Below are positions 62,201 through 64,000 of a stretch of DNA of 64,000 nucleotides, piece after piece. Position numbers and translations under genes: made by a program. The notes below the pieces were generated by a model. It searched no databases. It saw only the letters and a list, made by a program, of their open reading frames with translations, and was not told the DNA's origin. This stretch comes from Balanoglossus misakiensis (Eukaryota; Animalia; Hemichordata): contig CM082576.2 in the NCBI GenBank assembly GCA_040954595.2, forward strand, positions 6,575,129-6,639,128. Reading direction: 5' to 3'. Positions within the stretch are counted from its first letter, which is position 1; every line of letters begins with the position of its first letter.

Positions 62201-63930
62201 GGTCATCGCCAGGTGTGTGTCATTCATCATAACCTTTGACCTGTACTGATACCATTGTTTCAAAGCCTGAATTCATGTCAGCAACTTGGACACATTTTTC
62301 AGTTATTTTTCATACTATATGAAAAATAGCAGAGAATAGCATTTGTGTGTGGTGAAGCTGAGCTTGACTAGCCTGGAGGCATAGATAAATATTTGAATAT
62401 CATTCAAACATCTGAGTTTCTATTTTTTGTTATAGTGGTCCTAACGATCACGTTTTCGTCAACTTTGCTGACCATGGTGCACCTGGTATTGTAGCATTCC
62501 CAGCTGGTGGTGAGGTGAGATACTCTGAGTGGTATAGACATTACAGGGTTTTCCCTGCCAGAGTGTCTCACAGCATTGTAGTAATTTCGTGACAGTAGGA
62601 GTAGTTGTTACATTAATTATTGCCTTAACAGTGGCAATATTTGAAATATTTCAAGCAGCTGAAAGATTTGCCAGACTTTGGAATCCCATTTTGATGTCTT
62701 TGTGTGTAAAAGGTTTTATTCAAAAATTCTCTGTTTTTCCTTTGTCACAGTTGCACGCCACCGATCTGAACAATGCAATTCAGAGCATGTTCCAGCAGCA
62801 GAAATATGCAAAGGTAAAAATGAGTAGATTTGGTGCTAGCAATGTCAATGTGTAGGCTCTTCCCTTTGTAAGAGCGAGTGGGAGGTATAGCAGGGTCAAT
62901 GGCTTGACTCGTCCATTCATGATATAGATAAAGACATGCAAACTACTTTACCCAGCAACTTGCTGTACCATGGCGTGTGTAGCTAAACATTTCTTTATAT
63001 TAAGGGGACATTCATTATTATTTCTGTGTTTGTGTCCTTGTGTCCTTTATTAGATGACCCTCTACTTTGAAGCATGTGAATCGGGATCCATGTTTGAGAA
63101 TCTGTTGCCGAACAACATCAATGCTTTTGCCACGACCGCCTCCAATGCTGAGGAATCATCCTACGCCTGTTACTATGACGAACAGAGGAGGACTTATCTG
63201 GGTGACGTCTACAGTGTCAAGTGGATGGAAGACTCTGATGTGGTAGGTCAGGGGTCAAAGGTTGTGACATGACCCCAGTTTGGTATTTTTTTGCCAGTTC
63301 TTCATTATTGATATGAGGAAAATCCATGTTTAATGCTTAGTCCTTTGTGGTATGGTGAATATCAAACCAGTATCATTGTACTAGCTGCTTTTGTGCACAG
63401 CCGCTATATCAGTAAAACTTTGACCACGCACACTGATTTTATGCTTGATTCCCACAGGAGGACCTGTCTTCGTGGACACTTCAGGAACAGTTTGAGCTGG
63501 TGAAGAAGGAAACGAACACCAGCCACGTGCAGGAGTACGGCGACCTGTCCATGGGTTCACTGGTGATTGACGAGTTCCAGGGTGGGGAGAACCCAGTGCC
63601 TAGACAGCCGAGCAAACCCTACCCACGAGTGCCTGTGAGTAGAATTCGAATCCATTTTCAGTTGTCAATTTTTGTGTCTTGTTATGCAGGTATTCATAAT
63701 TGTACACAACACATTCTGAAAGTATATGTACAATGTAGGTGTTAAAATGATGAAATGTTACCAGATTCTGCATTTGTCTACACTGCTGTATTGTCTGTGA
63801 ACTCGTTTTTCAGCTTGATGCCGTACCAGCACCAGACGTTCCCATGGCAATCTTGCAACACCGCCTGACTGCCTCCAAGACAACCAAGGAAAGACAGGAA
63901 ATTGTCCAGGAGATGAGCAAATTATTGGAG
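59262..63930 (+). CDS. LGMN: Legumain (asparaginyl endopeptidase, C13); 3' end beyond window
   Basis: Exons 59262-59417 ([17 protein letters not shown]), 61412-61509 (ADACHAYQ...MMYDDLA), 61918-61999, 62127-62212, 62436-62514 (DHG catalytic His), 62751-62813, 63054-63242 (EACESG catalytic Cys), 63458-63633, 63814-63930. Confidence 0.95.
59463..59554. repeat. ~35-bp-stem hairpin / miniature inverted-repeat relic in legumain intron 1
   Basis: TCCATAGCCCTACCACTTCCCCGTCTGTAGGTTGT pairs with ACAACCTACAGAAGGGGTAGTGGTAGGGCTACGGA (3 mismatches); no clear TSD. Confidence 0.7.
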
Positions 63931-64000
63931 GTAAGAAGTAACGCATGTGTCGGGTGTTTGGAATCTGTGATACCTCAGCTCTGTGTGAAATCATGAATTG

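Overview
Intron-rich animal genomic DNA, most likely a marine invertebrate (species not determinable from sequence); no prokaryotic features, CRISPR, rRNA or tRNA seen. Gene order: 3' exons of FUT8 (+), three tandem KCTD7/14-like BTB genes (-), an ST8Sia-type sialyltransferase (-), a 22.4-kb non-coding foldback structure (16820-39242), an orphan spliced gene for a two-transmembrane SLATT-like protein (-), two tandem M14A carboxypeptidases (-), a zeta-crystallin/quinone oxidoreductase (+), TEX30 (-) and legumain (+, with two alternative first exons, running off the window). The foldback has two near-identical ~4.6-kb inverted arms. Each carries promoter motifs, repeated exon-like modules with canonical splice sites and a ~129-bp minisatellite, and both point into an 88-bp satellite (about 133 copies forward, about 11 reversed) that meets head-to-head with no transposase. 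The best candidates for something undescribed are this foldback/satellite element with its inward-facing spliced transcription units and the SLATT-like gene beside it. Exon boundaries were read by eye and may be off by a few bases; family calls rest on motif recognition, not database searches.
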